Source of the DNA: Poseidonia sp.
GTDB lineage: Archaea; Thermoplasmatota; Poseidoniia; Poseidoniales; Poseidoniaceae
Assembly: GCA_030829545.1 (NCBI GenBank)
Contig: JAURAI010000005.1
Coordinates: forward strand, 12,088-76,087
Length of the DNA stretch: 64,000 bases
Direction of reading: 5' to 3'
Positions 61,903 through 64,000 of this stretch are shown here, one piece after another (positions within the stretch are counted from its first letter, which is position 1; the number at the start of each line of letters is the position of its first letter). A model generated the notes under the pieces. The model worked only from the letters and a program-made list of their open reading frames with translations, searched no databases and was not told where the DNA came from. Position numbers and translations under genes: made by a program.

Positions 61903-64000
61903 TCATTGAAGGGCTAATCCCTCGGTTGCTTTGAATATTTTCGTGCACGCAGGGCATCGTACAGAACCCGTATAGGAGGCAGGTATTCGCAGACTTTGCT
62001 GACAATCTGGACATGAAACTTCGATTTTACCATCCGTTTTCGGCTCGGGCTTTGGTTCGGGCGTTGGCGATGGGGCCTCTGGTTGACTCGCGGGAATCGA
62101 ACTCTGGTGGTCAACGGATTCCCCTTCAACCCTGAATTTGTGTGAACAATCTGGACAACCTACACTTCCTGAATACGAGAGGGGGACTCTCAAGCGGCGG
62201 TCACACTCAGGACAGGCGACTTCTTTTTTCTCTTCTTTTGCATGCGGAGATTCAGACGGGGAACTTGAAACCTGTTTCGGCCCTCCCGAGGATTCATCCT
62301 TGGCAGCATCCGAGCGATAACGCAATCGTAATACAAGGGAAATCCCAGCTCCAGCAACGATGCCCCAAATCAAGGCACCTATCGGCCATTCCATGCCAGT
62401 TTCTTCAGCGACCTGTCCCGAGGTAAAACTCGTTTGAGATGAAATAATCTGTCCATCTACTTGCCAGATTCCTTGAATGATGACTGTATTACCCTTCGGC
62501 CATATGACATCAACGGAGGCAGAGACGGCATCATCACCGTTCCAAGCAGGTGACATGATTATTGCCAAAATGGTGCCGTAACTGTCAACCAATCGGAGGT
62601 CCCCTTGACCTCCCCCCACCGGGCCAGATTGTGCGAAATTCACGGTGATGGTCACTGAGTTGCCTTGAACAGGGCGAATAGGAGAGGTGACCTGGCCGAT
62701 ATCAAGGCGGTACTGAGTATCGCTATCGGGAATGCTGGAAGTCAGCGAAAGTGGACCAGGGCCAATGAGCCAATTTACCGGAGAAAGTTGAATCACGACC
62801 TTTTCTGCATCAATGTGCCCGAAACTTACTGCTTCATGACGACTGCCCTGCTCGAGGGTCATCACCTGTTCGCGAATGAAGATCGTTGAATCGCCGGTCT
62901 CATAGCCCATCTGAACCAATACTTCCCGTGATTTCCCATCATCCAGTGTGAATTGGGCATTGAAAGTTACACCGTTCGTTGCGCTCCACTGGAGATTCTC
63001 AAGTCCAATGTGCACCGATTGTTTCATGGCAACATTGATTGGAACAGACCCGTTTGAGGGGGCACTGACCAGGCCATTATCGCTTTCAATCTTCCATTCC
63101 AGCGGAACACTCCCCGTTGAGGTGAGGGTGAAGGAGGTCGAAATCTCTCCTGCTGAACCGTCTTCGAGTTCAACCCAATCACCTTCGGATTTCACATCGG
63201 AATGCTGTAGGACAAGGCGAACGCGCCCTGGCAAATCACCCATATTTCTCATCAAGAGGTTGGCCTGGACTGTATCGCCCTTGTGCCAAGGGCCACCGGA
63301 GAGCGAAGGAGTTGTAGAACCTGCAGATTCAAAGGCTGCTGATGGCATTTGAACCGAAAGCAGGCTTGGAAGCATTGATGATGCATCCACTCTCGAATTA
63401 CTGACGTCACAACTCATAAGGAGCGGTTTTGCAACCATGGTAAAAGAGAAGTTTTGAGAGCCCCCCGCTGAAATGCTCGCAGACTGGTTGACGTGAAGAA
63501 TGCCGTCTTGCTGGCATTGAATGGAACCCGAGAAACCAACCGTTCCGTTGTTCCAAAGTTGATAGTTCAGCTGCAATTGGTCACCTGCGTTGACTTCATC
63601 TGCGTTTGATGTGATCTCTCCGACCATTACTGGGAGAGGAGGGGGTTGAATCGGATAGGACCCGTTACGTTGATGGCCGTCGTGAGCATCTCCTAAAACA
63701 CCTGACAAATTAAGAGTCCAAGAAAGCGTTCCTTCTCGTAATTGCTGGGATGGTTCAAACACCGCAATGGTCGAAGACATCGGGCCGACAGACAGATTCT
63801 CGAGGTGAACCTCCTCAATCACTCCATCATTGGAAAATGTACCGTGGACATCACCGACCCATCCAACATCTCCCTCGTTGACAATGGGCGCTTGAATGCG
63901 AACAAAATCCCCATCATGCAATGTCAAGTTACCGGTCACAATCCCAGATTCATCAATGCCCTCTGCGGTGATAGAGGCCGTTCCACCAAGGGTAATCGAG
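61903..64000 (-). CDS. Large surface protein (N-terminus outside window): repeated Ig/CARDB-like modules, TM anchor, cytoplasmic tail with two zinc ribbons
   Basis: The frame stays open past the listed GTG at 63939 to the window end. The ectodomain is beta-rich and repetitive. The TM is WPIGALIWGIVAGAGISLVL followed by RLRYR. The tail holds CPECDRRLRVPLSYSGSVGCPDCSHKF and CPDCQQSLRIPASYTGSVRCPACTKIF. Confidence 0.7.
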   Translation of the reverse strand, partial: SITLGGTASITAEGIDESGIVTGNLTLHDGDFVRIQAPIVNEGDVGWVGDVHGTFSNDGVIEEVHLENLSVGPMSSTIAVFEPSQQLREGTLSWTLNLSGVLGDAHDGHQRNGSYPIQPPPLPVMVGEITSNADEVNAGDQLQLNYQLWNNGTVGFSGSIQCQQDGILHVNQSASISAGGSQNFSFTMVAKPLLMSCDVSNSRVDASSMLPSLLSVQMPSAAFESAGSTTPSLSGGPWHKGDTVQANLLMRNMGDLPGRVRLVLQHSDVKSEGDWVELEDGSAGEISTSFTLTSTGSVPLEWKIESDNGLVSAPSNGSVPINVAMKQSVHIGLENLQWSATNGVTFNAQFTLDDGKSREVLVQMGYETGDSTIFIREQVMTLEQGSRHEAVSFGHIDAEKVVIQLSPVNWLIGPGPLSLTSSIPDSDTQYRLDIGQVTSPIRPVQGNSVTITVNFAQSGPVGGGQGDLRLVDSYGTILAIIMSPAWNGDDAVSASVDVIWPKGNTVIIQGIWQVDGQIISSQTSFTSGQVAEETGMEWPIGALIWGIVAGAGISLVLRLRYRSDAAKDESSGGPKQVSSSPSESPHAKEEKKEVACPECDRRLRVPLSYSGSVGCPDCSHKFRVEGESVDHQSSIPASQPEAPSPTPEPKPEPKTDGKIEVSCPDCQQSLRIPASYTGSVRCPACTKIFKATEGLALQ

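Noticed and set aside
1-64000. Scan for CRISPR arrays, transposases/integrases, toxin-antitoxin pairs, restriction-modification or other defence systems, prophage genes and biosynthetic clusters
   Set aside because: I noticed no regularly spaced direct repeats and no ORF with recognisable recombinase, nuclease-defence, capsid/terminase or PKS/NRPS motifs. The window reads as core chromosome plus surface and redox accessory genes.

Overview
This window is a very compact archaeal chromosome segment, about 95% genic by my calls. Archaeal markers include RNAP subunit L, EF-1beta, aIF2-beta, aRF1, class I LysRS, ribosomal protein eS1, the aCPSF1/FttA beta-CASP RNase, proteasome beta, SepF, RNase P RNA and two tRNAs. 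These are mixed with bacterial-looking accessory genes: ThyA+FolA, a PlsC-like acyltransferase, Ni-superoxide dismutase with its maturation protease, and VKOR with thioredoxin-like oxidoreductases. There are also two MMPL/RND exporters and several very large membrane-anchored surface proteins. By inference only, this mix fits a marine planktonic Thermoplasmatota-like (MGII/Poseidoniales-like) archaeon. I found no CRISPR array, transposase, integrase or recognisable defence or toxin system, and no single clear novel multi-gene system. Items worth a second look: (1) an RNase P RNA hidden under a spurious ORF; (2) a 43-aa four-Cys zinc-ribbon ORF that exactly fills a supposed intergenic gap; (3) an in-frame TAG followed by 48 open, coding-like codons at the end of an ASST-like surface protein; (4) an eS1 ribosomal protein with a PepSY-like plus SAP/HeH C-terminal extension; (5) a VKOR-centred disulfide-formation operon; (6) a sodN-sodX pair abutting a tRNA; (7) surface proteins sharing a CARDB-TM-cytoplasmic-tail layout, one with a double zinc-ribbon tail; (8) a pyruvoyl arginine-decarboxylase homologue that appears to lack the self-processing serine; (9) convergent genes whose stop codons almost always abut or overlap. 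All family assignments come from reading motifs by eye; no database search was run.
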